In this document: one piece after another, positions 12,278-26,643 of the stretch | How the letters are laid out: each line of letters begins with the position of its first letter | How positions within the stretch are numbered: the first letter of the stretch is position 1 | Source of the DNA: Amoebophrya sp. A120 | Lineage: Eukaryota; Protista; Dinoflagellata | DNA: 64,000 nt | Direction: 5' to 3' | NCBI GenBank assembly: GCA_905178155.1 | Contig: CAJINV010000002.1 | Coordinates: 5,203,709-5,267,708, forward strand | Made by a program: the position numbers and the translations under genes | The notes under the pieces: model-generated | Seen by the model: only the letters and a program-made list of their open reading frames with translations | The model's database searches: none | Told to the model about the DNA's origin: nothing

Positions 12278-13301
12278 GACTTGTTTTTTTTCACGAGAAC
12301 TTGAAGATGTTGAATACGAGTACGACCAGCGACCGACCCTAATTACTTCTCAAGATATTCATGTTGTCTGCGACTTATTTGGCTGATGTTCTAGCTGCAC
12401 GACGATGGGCATCGGTAGCAGATCTACCGCTGACACGATAAAGCAGCAACAACGGCGACCCAGTGAAAAGAACGTTTTCGAAACTCGGCTTTGTCCCTCG
12501 ATGTTTTTGCCTGCTTGATATTCATCCAAGTCGTGTGTGTGGCGATTTACTTTATTTGAATCTGCTGTCGGTGTGTGTGGCGACTAAGAAGAAACACATC
12601 AAGCATCGTTTTCGGTGCTGCACCTGCATTGAATAACTGAGCCCCTTTTATTGCGCGCTCTTCGGTACTGTCTTTGCGCACAGTTTGAATTTCCTCCATC
12701 GTCTTTCGGTGTGCAGTCTTGTGCAGCAAGACAAATCTGAAATCATTCAATTTCGGTCTTCTTCCTCACAGGCTTGCTTTAGAAAGATGACTTCACGGAA
12801 AAGAAGCAAGACAACATCGGTAGTTCTGCTTGTGGCTTCCAAGCTCAGCGCATTGCTTCTTGCTGTCGGTGCACGTTTATAATTCTTGTCGCTTGCCTAT
12901 GTGATTTAGAGTTTCATTTTATCCGCTCTAGTGTAGTTCTAGTTGGAAAGACTCTTCGGTAATTTTACCTCTCACGAACTGCTTTCTTGTCAATTTATTA
13001 TTTAAGTAGATCATGGTAGATGATATTTGAATCTGCCCAATAGTGATGAATTCTCCTCGACGCAACCTCCCGAACAGGCTCCTGGTAGTAGCACACAGTA
13101 GTACAACTGAAGTGACGATTTGAAGCTAGTATCGCCTCATGTCGTCGATAAAGGACGGCGATCATTGGTTTTAGCTTTAGGTGGAAGTCGTACAGTGGAT
13201 CCATGGGGTCGAAGATGTCCACGACAATGTGGGAATTATACCAGTAAAAAGGAGCAAAGTTCTATAGATCCTCTCCGCCGCAGGCTCCTCCTCTCCACGA
13301 G

Positions 13302-16300
13302 ATGGAGGACTTCCGGCGGGGAAACTACAAGCGGCATCGCAGACGCAAGAAGGAGGGCACACTCTACTTCGGGGATGACGTTGGTGGAGACAACGATGCG
13401 AGAAAGACGATATTAGCAAGGTCCTTTTTACTAACTACGTTGCAAGAACTTCTGTTCTACCATTTTTGCTTCGTCGGGTCGTTCTTATCTTGTTCACCAA
13501 CCTTCTTGTTTTCAACATCCCTGGAGGTTCAGTTTTCCTCGGCGAAGAACCTAATCAGCAACGGGGGGTCGTCGAGGAGGAAACGCAGCAGTAGATCAAC
13601 ATCTGCGGATGAACAACTAGAACCGCCGAATCCGGCAGCGGGGAAGCTGAGTGCCTTCTTGGAAAAAAGGGAAGTAGCAAGCTTCTCGTCGCGAAGCGGG
13701 GTAGACGAAGATTTGTTTTTCAACCATACGACAACGTCTGATGCTGCAGCATCTACTTCCGGCGCGTTCGTGCAGGTGGGGCAAGGACAGCACCAGCGGC
13801 GCATCATGGTGAAGAAGGAACATCAAACGAAGAAAAATAAGGCCCAGAAGTTGGTAACCCTGGCGGCCAAGTTCGCCCTCCGGCGAACGGCAAACCAGCT
13901 GCAGAAACAGTTGCAGATCAAGGAACGAGTGGTAGATGCAGCGGTGACCTCGCCCGCCTTGATAGACAAGGTCTTGCCCCTCACCACGGAGCGGGTTTTC
14001 GGAATGCACCTCGGAAAAGAGTGGCTCAGCTTCTTCAAGAAATACTTTCCGGCGTTCGTGAAAATTCACCGAGAGATGATGGCACGCGAACAGAAAGAGC
14101 ACCAGTCTTCAAAACCTACAACCACCCCGAGGTCGACGTCCAAAACTGGTGCAAGAAAAAGCCCGGAGAATTACAAGAAAAAGAATCAGGAGCGGCAGCT
14201 GTCGCAAACGGAGGCTGACATTGAAGAATCGCTGGAACAAGGGCTGGCGAAATTTTTGAAGCATCGCCTGACCACAGGGCGCCGCGGGATCGTGGAGAGC
14301 ACCCGGCCCTCGGAGATGAAACCTGATTTGTTAGACTTGGCGCAGGAGAGGATGGAAACCGCTGCAGGCGTGTTCGACGCGACGGGGTTGGAGCGAATCT
14401 ACGAAAATCAAATTGTGGTGTTGCTAGACGCAACGACGGTCGCGTCAACCACTTTCCACCCCGGCGGTTTGTATGTGGTGGAAAAAATTTCATCCAGCGC
14501 CCCAAATAAACCGAAGAAACCGGGAGGTGGACGTCGACCCGTGTCTGGAAGCACGACCAATGTGAAGATGAAACCGACGCTGACGCTACGTCACTTGGAA
14601 CTGTCTTCCGATAAATGGTGGTTGGTTCCCAAAACAAGCAACGGAAATACAAAGGAGAAGGGGAACAAAACAACGACCGACGAGGACATGAACAACTACA
14701 CGTTGACGCTGTCTGCCACAGACGGTCCGTTGACCTGGCCGAACCGAGACTGGCATAACCGAACCACTGCTAGTCAGCTAATGGTGGTCAACGGCGCGGC
14801 ACTACGTGATCGCGCGGCGACGATCCGTCTTTACAGCGATCAAAAGATCTACGTTCCGACTTCAGCAGGGCGCCATTTGCTGTTTTCGTCCGAATCTTAT
14901 GCATTACAAAGATCGATCTGGGTCTGGTGAGTGGTAGGCACGTCGACAGCACGGCAAAAATAGTGAAATACGGAGCCAAGTATGAGAAATTTTTGGGCTC
15001 CTATAATGTATTGCGTATTTTATTTTCGCGTACCAAGCTGCGTTCTTTATCTTTTTGTATGACAGGCAAGATCACCATCACTTTGTTTTCCGATGCCTGC
15101 ACGCATCATGGAGCCCCCTCGACGAGTCATGTCAGACATGCATGAAGATGACAGAGTGTCTAGCAATCTTCCAGACCCAGTAGACATATTTGCAATCTCG
15201 ATAACAGTGACAAGATGTCTGCTTTTCGCTTTCCGGTCCGGGAAGCGCCGGATGTTCTCCCTAGTCTGCTCGACAAGATCGGCGTCCCCGGCTCCACTCG
15301 GGCGCTGCTATCCTGCGTAAAAGCGATGTCCCACCCTGTATTTGTGATGCAAGTCTGCACGCCAAAAATTTTTCGCATGCTGAGCCCCATGAGAAGCAAT
15401 TACTTGGGGTATTTTGGAACTCTTCATGCTCGAAGCAGGATGTTGAGCTGATCGAATCGCGATACATCGGAAGTTGCTAAACACGACGGCTACACTGGTG
15501 CCGTGAGCCCAAACTTGTCAACATGCGCAAGAACAGCCAAAAGTTTCGGACTTGTGTTGCACAATACCCAACATCTTCTTGACTCTGGATCAGGGGCGAC
15601 GTTGCTTTTACGCGGGATAGCTGCTGGAGGAGATTCTAGTTTTCGAGGAAGGTGGTGGAAAGCAGGATGCGAAAACTAAAGAAAAGCTTCTGGATGAGAT
15701 TGAAGAAAAACTGAAGAAATTTCTTCGTCAGCTGTTGCCCATGATGTTCTTTCCTGGGAAGACCTACCAGGAGCTGCACGCGGATCATGCAAGCGGTCAG
15801 GAAGATCTTCAACCTGTTGAAGAAACCAGTATTGTTCATCCTGGAGCCGTATCCTTTTTCCCTCTACAAGAGAGACTAGTGCTGGCGCCCGATTTTCTCC
15901 GAAGGAATGAAGAAAAAGCCCCCGGACCCAAAGCTGCGGTGCGGCGGAAGACGGATTACAGCCCGTTCCAATCTTTGAACGTCCACCACTATATTAAGCG
16001 AAATTTCGATCCAAGGCCCGGTTTCACGGACGAGACAGCGTTCTGGACGGAAATGCTGCACCGCTTTTTGTTTCCGTACATTCGCAAGCAGTTGCAGTTT
16101 GTGGACAAAGCATTGAAGAACGACACGAAAAATCGCCTGTCTATGCTGACGCTGCTTCAAGACCTGCCCACGACGATGCCGACGAAGGTGGGAACAAATG
16201 GTGCAGGTGCTACGGCTCCTGGGAGGTTGACAGCGCGTGCTGCACGGGGGCCCGGGCGAAAGAAGCGCGCGGGCCCGAGCGCGGGAGCCCGCAAAAATGG

Positions 16301-18396
16301 AGGTACCGGACCGAAGTCCTCCTACCTGCAGAACGCTGCACACCAGACCACTCGTGCTGTTGCGGACCAGAAGGCGACGAGGGGAGACGATTTCGCCCGT
16401 ACTGGTGGGCGATTTTTCCACCCTGCTAGCGCCAGCAACTACAACAACACTCTGGAGCTAGATGAAGCCGCTCTTGCTGCATATAATAACGAGGGACAAG
16501 ACGAAAAAGAAAACGATGGCGATGATGATGATGACGAACAAACCTCTTTCAGCAACATCCACGAGGAGAGTGGAAGAAGGTCGCATGAAATACTAAACGA
16601 TGTAGGACCACCAGCACGTCGAGGTGGTCCTCCTCCACCTCCCTCCTCTACTGCGCTTTTGGAGATAAAAACAAAAATGCAAACCACGAGGATGGAACAA
16701 GAACATCATCAAGCACAAGCTTCCGCTGCAGTGACGACGAGGAAGCTCGCGAAAACGGTGCGGACTGCGATGAAGGTTCAAAAATTGTTTGCCAACGCGA
16801 ACAAGATGAGGACCCCGTTGCACGAATCCTCCTTTTATTTCCAGCTGGCAAAGCAGTGGACAGAGTTGATGAAGGTCTACGGAACCGTGACGTCGACAGC
16901 TGAGCCGCAGCCTCGTCCGCCGAACACAGGGCGAAAAACGAACGGCGGAACATCAAGTAGGTCCTCCTTTTTGCAGAAAGTTCTTCTTCGCCACGACCCG
17001 CTGGTGAGTCCGCTGAATGCCAAGCCGAAGTGGCCCGGCGGCTCGGATAGCCGCACCGGGCCACAGGAGAGCAACCAGCTGACCAACCGAGCCTCCGTCA
17101 ACGATCCCAGCATGAATCCGTACCTGGAACGGCAGAAGGAAATGCTGCAATCGCCGTGGTTCATGGTGGCGCTGGTACTTGTCGTGGTGGTATGCACTGC
17201 AAATATCGATCTGGTCGGCCTGGAGAAATATACTTGTGATGCTAGTAGTCGTAGTGTAGTGTGGAAGGTAAGTGAACAGCCTTTCATCTTCGGAGCCACG
17301 TATGTTGACAAGTTTGTGTGCTGCCATGCCTTAATACGCGGGCCGCGTTTTTACGAGTTGTATCTTTGCATGACAAAGACAAAATTCGGTAGAGGAATGC
17401 ACAGCCCTTAAAGCCTTCGAACATAATGCGCATCTACTTGTCGGCCAAGCATGATGACAAATCCTGCTCTTTTCTCTCCCCAGATATGTTTGCAATCCAT
17501 AGGTGGTCGGGCTCGGTCTCGGTCTTCCAATCTCGCTCAGCATGGGAACGTACATGATACACCTTCTGCTGATGGTGAAAGGACACCTCGCTGCGCTCGG
17601 CGTGAAAGTCCTACACTTGGTGCCGGGCGTGAGCATTCCCTTCGTGATACCGTGTGGAAAGAGGTCGTCCCCGCACCAGAGTTGTTATGCAGATTCGCTG
17701 CGAATGCAATGCAAAGGACTTGTCATGTGCATCCCCATGACAGGCATTTTCAATCGTGTTTTGGGACTTCTGGTGCTGTAGACAGAATGAGAAAGCGGAT
17801 AGCTTTGTGATGCGGGTGTCCTTGCTGACCCGCATTAGAATGCAGAAAAATGAAACCTGATGTCATGCGTGACTCCCAAAGCCAGTGGATTTGTGCTGCA
17901 AGGAAATTCCCATCTTGACAACTATGGTGGGTGGGGACGTTTTTGCCTAGGATGCGCGATCTTGACGTCATTTCTAATCGTCTTCTTCGGAGGCCCGATC
18001 ATCATGACGGTGTTCGAGCGAGCATTCGTATGCATTGCACGTATGTCTGGGTCTAGAAGGTTGCAACTTGTCATGCTAAATCTGAAACATACAAAAATCA
18101 GTGTTGCGCGATTACCAAAAGCTGTCCACTTTTGACCACCAAGTTGAGAGGGAGGTTCTCATGCAGAATAGGGATAGGCATGATAGTGATAGAGACCCCA
18201 CAGAATCTGTCATGCTAGGTCCTGCATTCCAGACCTTATGGGTGATGGAAAGCCTGCTTGACAAGTCTTGCACTCTTCCAGACGCAGACATATTTGCAAT
18301 CCATAGCTCGCTGTTCCGAACGACGCCCGGACCTACGGTGCGGACCTACAGCACCCGGCGCAGGATAGGGATCGCCTGCCCGGAGGCCCCAAGTGA
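13302..18396 (+). CDS. Large predicted membrane/secretory protein with an N-terminal hydrophobic segment and several C-terminal TM helices, 5 introners
   Basis: ORFs 13302, 15215, 15735, 17503 and 17860 join in frame after removing each introner plus 5 bp. The product ends ...DRDRLPGGPK* at 18396. Confidence 0.7.
14898..15203. mobile_element. Introner, family A (degenerate)
   Basis: TAT...CTGGGTCTGG / CCAGACCCAG...GATA. Flanks aatct/acagt. Removal plus 5 bp gives SES-DKMSAF. Confidence 0.7.
15309..15619. mobile_element. Introner, family B
   Basis: TATCCTGCGTAAAAGC / GCTTTTACGCGGGATA. TSD gctgc. Restores RALL-EEIL. Confidence 0.9.
17191..17501. mobile_element. Introner, family A (degenerate)
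   Basis: TATGCACTGCAAATATC / GATATGTTTGCAATCCATA. TSD ggtgg. Restores the TM segment VVVV-GLGL. Confidence 0.85.
17648..17954. mobile_element. Introner, family B (degenerate)
   Basis: Flanks cgtga/cgcga. Restores PFV-ILTSF. Confidence 0.75.
18029..18305. mobile_element. Introner, family A
   Basis: TATGCATTGCACGTATGTCTGGGTCT / AGACGCAGACATATTTGCAATCCATA. Flanks attcg/gctcg. Confidence 0.8.
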
Positions 18397-19564
18397 CGAG
18401 GAATTTGATAAAAAAATCCTTTATTCCAACTTCCTAGGCCTCATGCCTGGGAAGTAGACTTTCATACATGTCATAAGCGCTCTTCTTCTATTTCACAGAA
18501 ACATCATTTTTTACAAGTTCACACTGTTTCTTATCGGAGATGTAGTGTTTCGTTTTATTTTCACAGGACAGAAAATCTTTTTCCTTATTAATTTGCGATG
18601 CCTTTACCTCTCGTATTCGGATTTGACAATTGATCACATTTTCCGCCGCTTTTTGCTTTTATCTTTCACAACATCGAGTTCAATTTTCTATCGTGGTTAT
18701 TCCGGTTTTAGTTTTTACTCTTGTCGTATTGAGGAAAATCGAATAAATAGCGCTACCGGACAGTTCGTTTGTTGAGAAGCTGATGTGCTTACTGGTTTTC
18801 TGCCAGTAGATCGATGGGCTTCATTTTTTCTGTTGAAATGGAAAACACAATAAACAAGTCGTTGTTCCGGCACTCGATCAGAAAAGGTTGTGTTGTTCCG
18901 GCACTCGATCATGGAGATGAAGTAGGAGATCACGATCTGAAAAAAAAATATCGCCCACGTTTTATTTCGTGCTCTGTGTAGTTTCTGTTTTGGTTTTCTT
19001 GGTCCGATATTTTTTCCCTCTGGTCTGTATGGTCCGTTTGCAGTTGGTTGCAATAACACAGAAATGAGTCGACTTTGTTCGTACCAAGGAATCGAAAGAA
19101 GAAAAAAGTTTCAGAAGATTGATATTTTCCCTTCTCATCAACATCAAAAGGAAAAAACGGGAAAAAAGAGTCGGAAGTAGAGATGGTGCTTGCGACGCGG
19201 ACGGGCAGCACCTTCTCTGGTCCGCGGCGGAGAAAAATTTATTTCAAGCCTTCCGCCTCTTCCATATGTTGTCCCTCTTCCCTTTGGCTGCAGTCGGAAA
19301 CAGACTATCCGGGCGCACAAGAAGTTCTTTCCCACAACTCATTTGGGGGGTATGTTGTAACATGAGCAGCAACGCAAGAAATACCAGCGGAATAAACGCG
19401 GCTTCCATAGAAGACATCTGCACACGGATCTTCGTAGTACGACTGTTATTCAGGAGCTTGTTCTTAATTTTTTTGTCATGATGCAAACATTGCTATTGCT
19501 TTGACGCAACAAGTGGATCTGGTGTTTTTGGAAATACAAATGGGAGGGAGCAGGGGGAGTTGTT

Positions 19565-22500
19565 GTGCACTCTCATAGAAGCCTCCCAAGGGGGACAACG
19601 ACAACGACGAGAACTGCTCGCCGCCCTCGTCGTTCCCGCGCCGGCTCTGGCTCTTGCACCTCTGAAGACATCATCTTCAAGGGTAGCTATTTTAAAGATA
19701 TCGCAGGCAGTTCAAGTTCTTTTTACAGCATGATGCCGAGGTATGCCTCGACGTCGACATCAACCTGCAGATTTATTCCTTCATCTTCTTTTTCCTCTAC
19801 GGCTTCAACATCTTCATCCGTGGTCTGCCTCTCCCCGGAGCAAATCCTCGACTCTTTGAGATACAAAGCAGGAACAAGCCCGACTCCGTCTTCATCGAGT
19901 AATATTAAAGCAACTACTCCGCGGCCATTCCCATTTCCTGTAGACAAAACGCGCATGGTGGTCTCCCGGACCGACGAACTGATCACCTTGACCAAGTTCG
20001 GTGCGGCGATCGATTTTCGGATATCGAAAGGAAAAATCCCCCCTCCCCATATCAAAACGAAATCTCTGATGCTGGATTTGTGTACACAAATCAGCTTTAT
20101 ATTGCAGGAAGGCATTGCGGCCAGATCCCCAGGCTATCGAGGGGCGTATCGGTCTAGTTGTTCGGCATGGCAAACGGCTGCCCTTTAGGCCCAACAGCAT
20201 GACAAAGTAGATACCTCCATGATAATGGGGGCGAAGCTTTTGCCCTTGTCTTCTTGCATAGACAAATGTGATTTGTGACCTCAAATCAGCAACGCAAATT
20301 TTCGGAAGCATGCCTTTTCAATATGGGGAGGGGGAGTTTTTCCTTTCAATATCGGAGGCAGAAGCTGGAAATCCCAAAGAAAATTTTGGACGACTTGGGT
20401 TTGCAGCTGCTCGCGGAAAAAGCAGACAAAGATGTTGAAGTAGAAGAGCAGCGGGAAGAAACAAGTAGAACTAGTGCCGAAGCAGTAGTACAGGAAGATG
20501 CTTCACTTAATATTTCTGCATCTTTCTCGTGTTGGTCACTGGAGAAGATCCTGCAGTGCCTGATTCTGTTCTCCCGAACGGGCTGTTTGTGCGTGCCGTT
20601 GTTCCGCAAGGGCATGTATTTTTTCCATCTGATCCTGCAGAGAAGTAGGACGACACTGGCCGCTGCTCCTCTCGTCCGCGAGGAGAACAGTTTCAGTTTA
20701 CAGCTCCGAATCGACCTCCTCACCGCCCTCGCGCGGCAGCGCGCCCGGATTCTCGTGCCGCATTTGGGGAGGACTTGGTTTGCGGGTTCCGCTTCTTCAT
20801 CTTCATCCGATGCTTGTACAACTTCTGGAATGAAGAGTATTGACACGACGACGATCTTCACTGCAGAGCAAGCCATGCAGGTCCTTCACTCTTGTGCGTA
20901 TCTGCGGCTGCCCTTACCCGAATGCGTGGAAAGCAGGATCGTCGAGGAAGCGGAGGTGATTTGTACTAGAAGGGGTGGTGCCGATTTTTTAAAACCTCAT
21001 TCAGTTGTCGACGCACCTGGTGGTCAAGATCAAGAAATAGCTGCGTCAGGAGGTGGACCTGCTCCGCAGGAACTACTACAACAAGACCTCGAGTTTCTCT
21101 TGCACGCCATGTACCACACAACCACGCTGTACCACGCCCAGGGCGAGATGGTGGATATACAGATGTGGGAAAAAGTGCCGACTGCTGGAACACCTGAAGC
21201 TGTTGATGCGGGACGAGCGTCACAAAAGTTCTCAAATCAAGCAACTGCAGTAAGAACATCGCATGAACGAACCACGACGAGGACATCAAACGAGAATCTT
21301 CCCGCTGCTCCCAGACTCTCAATCGAATACGTCTTCGGGCGGATTTTGCCAAAGTTTGCGGAGCTGTACATTACCATGGACAACAAGAACATTGACATTT
21401 CATCTAATGGAAATAACGAAACCAATTCAACAAATTCTGCAGAGAAGACGAGGAGGGGAGAACCACCACCACCAGCAAGTACTTCTCCGCCGTCGAAGTC
21501 CTTCCTCCAGAAGGCGTCCGTGCTCCGGAGCGTGTGCTATCAAAAGTAAAAATCCCCCCTCCCCATATCGAAAAGGTATGTTTCCGAAAATTTGTCTTGC
21601 TGATTTGAGGTCGCAAATCACATTTGTCTTGCAAGAAGACAAGGGCAGAAGCTTCCGCCCCACTGTGGAAGCGATTTGTCATGCTGTTGGCCCTAAAAGT
21701 GAGCCGCTTGCCATGCTGAACAACTAGACCCATACGCCCCTACCAAGCCTGGGGATCTGGCCGCAGTGCTTCTCTGCAATACAAACCTGATTTGCGTACA
21801 CAAATCCAGCATGAGAAATTCCGTTTTGATATGGGGAGGGGGGATTTTTCCGTTTGATATGTGCCGCTACTTGCACAAGGGGGCTGTGGAACTATTGAAT
21901 ACGGCGGAGGAACAAAATATCAAATGTAAAAATGTCTGGGTCTGGAAACTTGTGATGCTGTGTGGCGTATCATGAGGAGGCGACAATTGCTGGCTCAGCA
22001 TGACAAGTTTCTGAGCTTCTAGGTGTTGCCTATTCTGCATGACAAACTACGTTTCTGCATGACAGAAAAGTGGGGCTCTTTGGTAATGTGCATGACAGAT
22101 TTAAGAGTCATGCCAGACAAGCATGACAAACTTGCATTCTTCCAGACCCAGACATTTTTACATTTGATACAAAAGGTGATCGCAAAATGCCTCCGCAAGA
22201 TCCACGAAGACTACCAGGACTGCCGAATCAGTATGGAGGAAGAGATTTTTTACCGCGATAGGAGAGAAGATAAACAGGTTCGTCATGCAGCTGCCGCCCA
22301 AGATTTTTTGTCTGACAATGCTACAACACGTACAACAGCAGCAGGACCAGGAGCACCAGAAGCTCCCTCGTCCTTTGACCAGGAACACCACGACTGCCAA
22401 GAAGTACCCCCCGCAGAGAAGAAGCCGATCCCCCGGTTTCTCGAGACTGTGTCGTGGTCTCTGACAAAACTCCGCATCGCGCACTCGACGGAGGTCGAGC

Positions 22501-22985
22501 GTGGGCCCTACAAGCTCGATGCAGTGGAACGGGATCGGAAATGCGTGTATCGACTGTTGAAACAGGACCGCTGGCTGGCGGAGTCCATCCGCTTCACCAT
22601 CGGACCCCTAGTTTTGCAGGAACTGCTGCTGAAGCACCAAGACTTCTCGGTCATCAACATTCCCTACTGGCACTGGAACAAGTTGAAACTGCGGAAAACG
22701 AGAATTGAATACCTCCGGATGAGCCGCTACTTGGCTCTGATGGACCCGAGGCTGAGACGGATCGCTACGGTGGATGATGAAAATAATATGAATACAAGCG
22801 GTACAGCAATTCAACAAGGTCCTCAATTTTCCCTCCCGGCCACAGGAAACAATTTTCTGTACAGCGGGGAGCGCTTTGGCGGGAAGCGCGACGTGCCCAA
22901 CAACGCATTCTCATGGTTCAAGGCGAAGGAGGCGCGGCCGCTGGAGCAGACGGTGGCACGCCTGAGCGAGCAGACGAGCAACTGA
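19565..22985 (+). CDS. RAP-domain (FASTK-like) RNA-binding protein, 3 introners, possibly mitochondrial (alternative start ATG 19730)
   Basis: C-terminal GPYKLD...LLKHQDFSVINIPYWHWNKL...RIEYLR fits the RAP pattern. ORFs 19565, 20275 and 22023 fuse in frame. Confidence 0.75.
20022..20351. mobile_element. Introner, family C
   Basis: TATCGAAAGGAAAAATCCCCCCTCCCCATAT / ATATGGGGAGGGGGAGTTTTTCCTTTCAATA. TSD tcgga. Confidence 0.92.
21538..21859. mobile_element. Introner, family C (opposite orientation to 20022)
   Basis: Same TIR. TSD tgtgc. Restores SVC-RYLHK. Confidence 0.92.
21918..22169. mobile_element. Introner, family A
   Basis: Perfect TATCAAATGTAAAAATGTCTGGGTCTGGAA TIR. TSD caaaa. Restores EQ-KVIAK. 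Confidence 0.95.
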
Positions 22986-24902
22986 ACATCTTCGAAGTGA
23001 TCGAGGAGATGAACGTTTGTTCCGCGTCAGATCACCACTGGGAACGACAAGTAAAACGAGAACCACGTCGAGGAGCACATGATGGGCTAAGTATAACAGT
23101 AGTCAGCCGCTCGACCTCGTCGCTGCTAGGCGCTTGTTGTAAGTTGTACTCAGATTTTTAAGTAGAACATGATGATGCTGATCATTCGAGCCCAGAAAAA
23201 GTGATACTCAGGCGGTCGGAAAAGCTCCTGCTACTCGTCCCGCCAAGCCCGTCGTGCCACTGAAAACATAGATTCTTAGAACAGTAGCGACTTTCGTAGT
23301 GGGAGATCCCAGTAGATGAAGCATCGTGATTTAACTGTACGAACCGCATTGATCGTGTAGGCATACTTAATGACGCAACGTGCAGCTCTAGCTCTTCGTG
23401 AAGGAGTTCCTTTTCAGCTTTTTTCGTAAAAAAGGAAAAAATGCACTAGATGACGTAGATCTGCAACCATCAAGGAGACACGGTAGCAAGCGTGTTCAGC
23501 TCTGCATCGATTCGTAGTAAGACATTTTAGGACTCTTAAATCCGTCATAGAAATAGAAATTCGTGCGGGCGCCAAGAACATAGGAAAGTGCTGCCGTGTT
23601 GAAAGCCTCCACTTCGAAGATAAAAAGACTTCTCTGGTCATTAAAGAGCTGGAATAGAAGATCGAGATCGCTCGTCTCGATTAGGCCGAGCTACGTAGTT
23701 TCCTGCCGTGTTAGAAGCCTGGTCAATATTTCCTTGTTGTAGAGCAGTCACGTTCAAATACATTGTAGGGCCACAAGAACGCTGAAGATCGTGCCTAGGC
23801 CTCCTCGTGCAAAATGAGAATACTGAAGACGGGCAGTGTAGCTGCGGATGAAGTTGTCAAGTAGCGAGCTAGGTTCATCCTGCAGAACATTCGTACGGGT
23901 GTCAGCTGCATTTGATAGTTAGAGTTCAAGCAGAATCCATCGTCGCTGTGTTGAAAAATTCAAGTGCCATTTTCACATATGCTGGAGATTATTCAAAAAA
24001 AAAACAGATCGCAATCAAGGTTGCTGCATATTACCCGTTCCCCCAGTAGGTAGGAAAATTTACAAAAAGTAGTTCCGTGGTCCCTTTTTAGCCTCCGCGC
24101 CATCGTAGAAAGAGGCCCGCCCTCGTGCCGCGACAAATAAATCCGTAGGGGCTCGAGGTAGTAGAAAAAAAACAAGAAGACTCAATCAACAAACTGGCGA
24201 ACCACTTCCGAAAAAGATCTCATTTCGCTTTTTAGTACTGTTTTTGCTACTCATTTTCTAGGCGCGCCGTAACATCAACACCACGTAGTTCATCTTATGC
24301 TTAAATCAAGATCCTCTATTGATCGTATTACTTGGGGTAGTACAGCCTCCTACCAGAAGTGCGTACTTAGTTTCCTCGCGGCCTACAACGCATCGTAGGT
24401 GAACGCATTGCCGCTTCCTGTCGACAGAAAACTTTTCCAAGCCAGCAGTTTTTTTGCGCGACGGTCGGCGACCCAATTTTTGATTCGTGGACATTGAAGC
24501 TTTTTTTGATAGCGTCTTTCAACCCTTGTAGTGCTAAGTAGCACGGGTAGTACTAGTGCAAGGATTGCAGTGACAGTGAGCACTAGAAGATTCCTCGGGG
24601 TAGTGATTTGTTAGAGGGTGATCGACGTACACGTAGGGCAGTCACATCTAGATTCTAATCCTCTACTAGAGCTAGAAGAAGCAACATAGTCGACATCGCG
24701 GGACGAGGACCAAGAAGAACTACGGCTGCAGGAGAAGTTTTTAGCTGGGTAGAAGAACATCAAACGTGGGTTTGGATCACGAAGATTTTTGATATAACTA
24801 CGAGCTGCGCCGCTTGTTGGACTGAAGTAGGACGAGGCTTTTCCATTCTAGAAACGCAGCAGACGAGTTACACGACTAGGGAAACAAGAACAACGCGGCA
24901 AA

Positions 24903-26643
24903 ATGTCGGGCCCCCGCCAATACACACAAGATCCGGCCGAAATGTTTGTCGGCAATCTTGTGAAAGACAGTACTTTTTCTACATTTCATTTTTTTTTTTC
25001 TATTGGTATACTGCGTATATCTAAGTGAATCCATAGAAACAACTACTTATCACAAAAAATAAATGAAGGGATCATTTAGATTCCTGCTGCAGCGATCGCG
25101 ATGTTGAATTTCAAGTTTTGACATACGGCCCCCACCAAACAACACCACAGACGAGGTCCACTCGACGAAGGCGCTGAGGACGTTTTTCGAACAATTCGGA
25201 CCGGTGAAAGATGTCGACGTGAAGAAGGACCGCAACGGCCTTGGCAAGGGCTTTGCCTTCGTCCAGTTCGAAGACTCCAGTTCGGTGGACACCGTCCTCC
25301 AAACGTACGACAACAATTACCTGGGTGGCGTGTGGCTCGACTGCAAAAAGTCTGTGGACCGCTCGCAGCGGGCTCCGCCGAAGGGCGGCCACCCGCCGGC
25401 CCCCGCGCCGCCACCGCGACGTGGGGGACAGGGAACTGCGGATCGGGGAGCAGGTACTAGATTTTTGTTTATTTTAGGTAGATGGACTTTAACTTCTTAG
25501 ATCTATGAAAAGACGGACAAATCGAAGCCAGATGTTGACTTCCCCATTATACTGCCTTTCCTGACCGTATAGACGGCCTGCAAAAACAGCCCAAGAACTT
25601 GTTTGCGCTAGCAAATCTCCTCGGCGTAATTTCGATCGATTTTACTATTCCGGATTCTTTCTACTTTAGAGAAATACACAACGGGATCATGTTGGAAACA
25701 TGGGATGAACCGAACTCAGGTAAAGGAGGCAACCGGGGTGGCGACGGTAGTCGTGCGAAGGGTGGCAGCGTCGCAAATGGCCGCGGTGGTGCTGCTTTCC
25801 CGACGCAGAAGACGCAGAACATGAACATTTTGGAAAAGGTTGCGGCCCAGCAGCAAAACATGGGTGGCGGCAACAACTTGGCGCAGCAGCAACAGCAAAA
25901 CACCCAGCACGCGCAGAAGTTCTTGCAGCAGAATGCGGCGGGCAATCCCGGGCAGGCGGGCAGCATGATTGTCAGCGTGCCCCTGCCGGGCGGCGGCTTT
26001 CTGCAGTACATGCCGATTCAGCCCTATGACGGCTCCGGCGTGATCCGACCGGCCATGCCCGGCTGGTTCGGGGAAATTAGGAACCAGCAGGTGGCAGGCG
26101 GTGGTGGTGTACAACAAAATATGATGCAGCAGAACAATATCATGCAGCAACAGCAACCACAGCAGCCCACCATGTCTATGCAGCAGCGGATGATGCAGGT
26201 ACAGCAGAACAACCTGATGCAGCAGCAAACTATGCAAAATGGGATGTGGAACCTATCCCGTGTGAAAAAATGGACCCACCCCCTTTTCGAGACAAAAATT
26301 CAAATCATGCAAGACAAATCCAGGCTTATGCACTGCAGTCGCGCCCTGGTAGTACAGCCACATCAGAAAGAACCGGCCGTGTCATTCATAATCCTGCTAA
26401 GAGCACGACAAAGGATAAATTTTCAACAAAGTTCTGAGCTGTAAGAGAGACGTTCCAGGCGGCATGCCGATTTGAATGACAGATATGGGCGGGGGTCGTT
26501 TTTCCACAGGATAGAACCCCGCGAACCTCGACCCCGAAGACATCGAGCTGAACGCCTCCCTTGGCCTGACCCCGGGCGGCAAGCCAATAGAGGACACCGC
26601 ACCGGCCAATCCCTTCGCCGTGTCAAGACCCGGGCCGTATTGA
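24903..26643 (+). CDS. hnRNP-like single-RRM protein with Gly/Gln-rich tail and C-terminal PY motif
   Basis: RNP2 MFVGNL and RNP1 KGFAFVQF. Introns at ~24960-25128 and 25454-25671, introner at 26254-26513. Ends SRPGPY*. Confidence 0.8.
26254..26513. mobile_element. Introner, family D
   Basis: TATCCCGTGTGAAAAAATGGACCC / GGGTCGTTTTTCCACAGGATA. TSD gaacc. Confidence 0.88.

Noticed and set aside
18861-18911. Tandem 20-bp repeat GTTGTTCCGGCACTCGATCA
   Set aside because: Two copies only, consistent with a simple local duplication.
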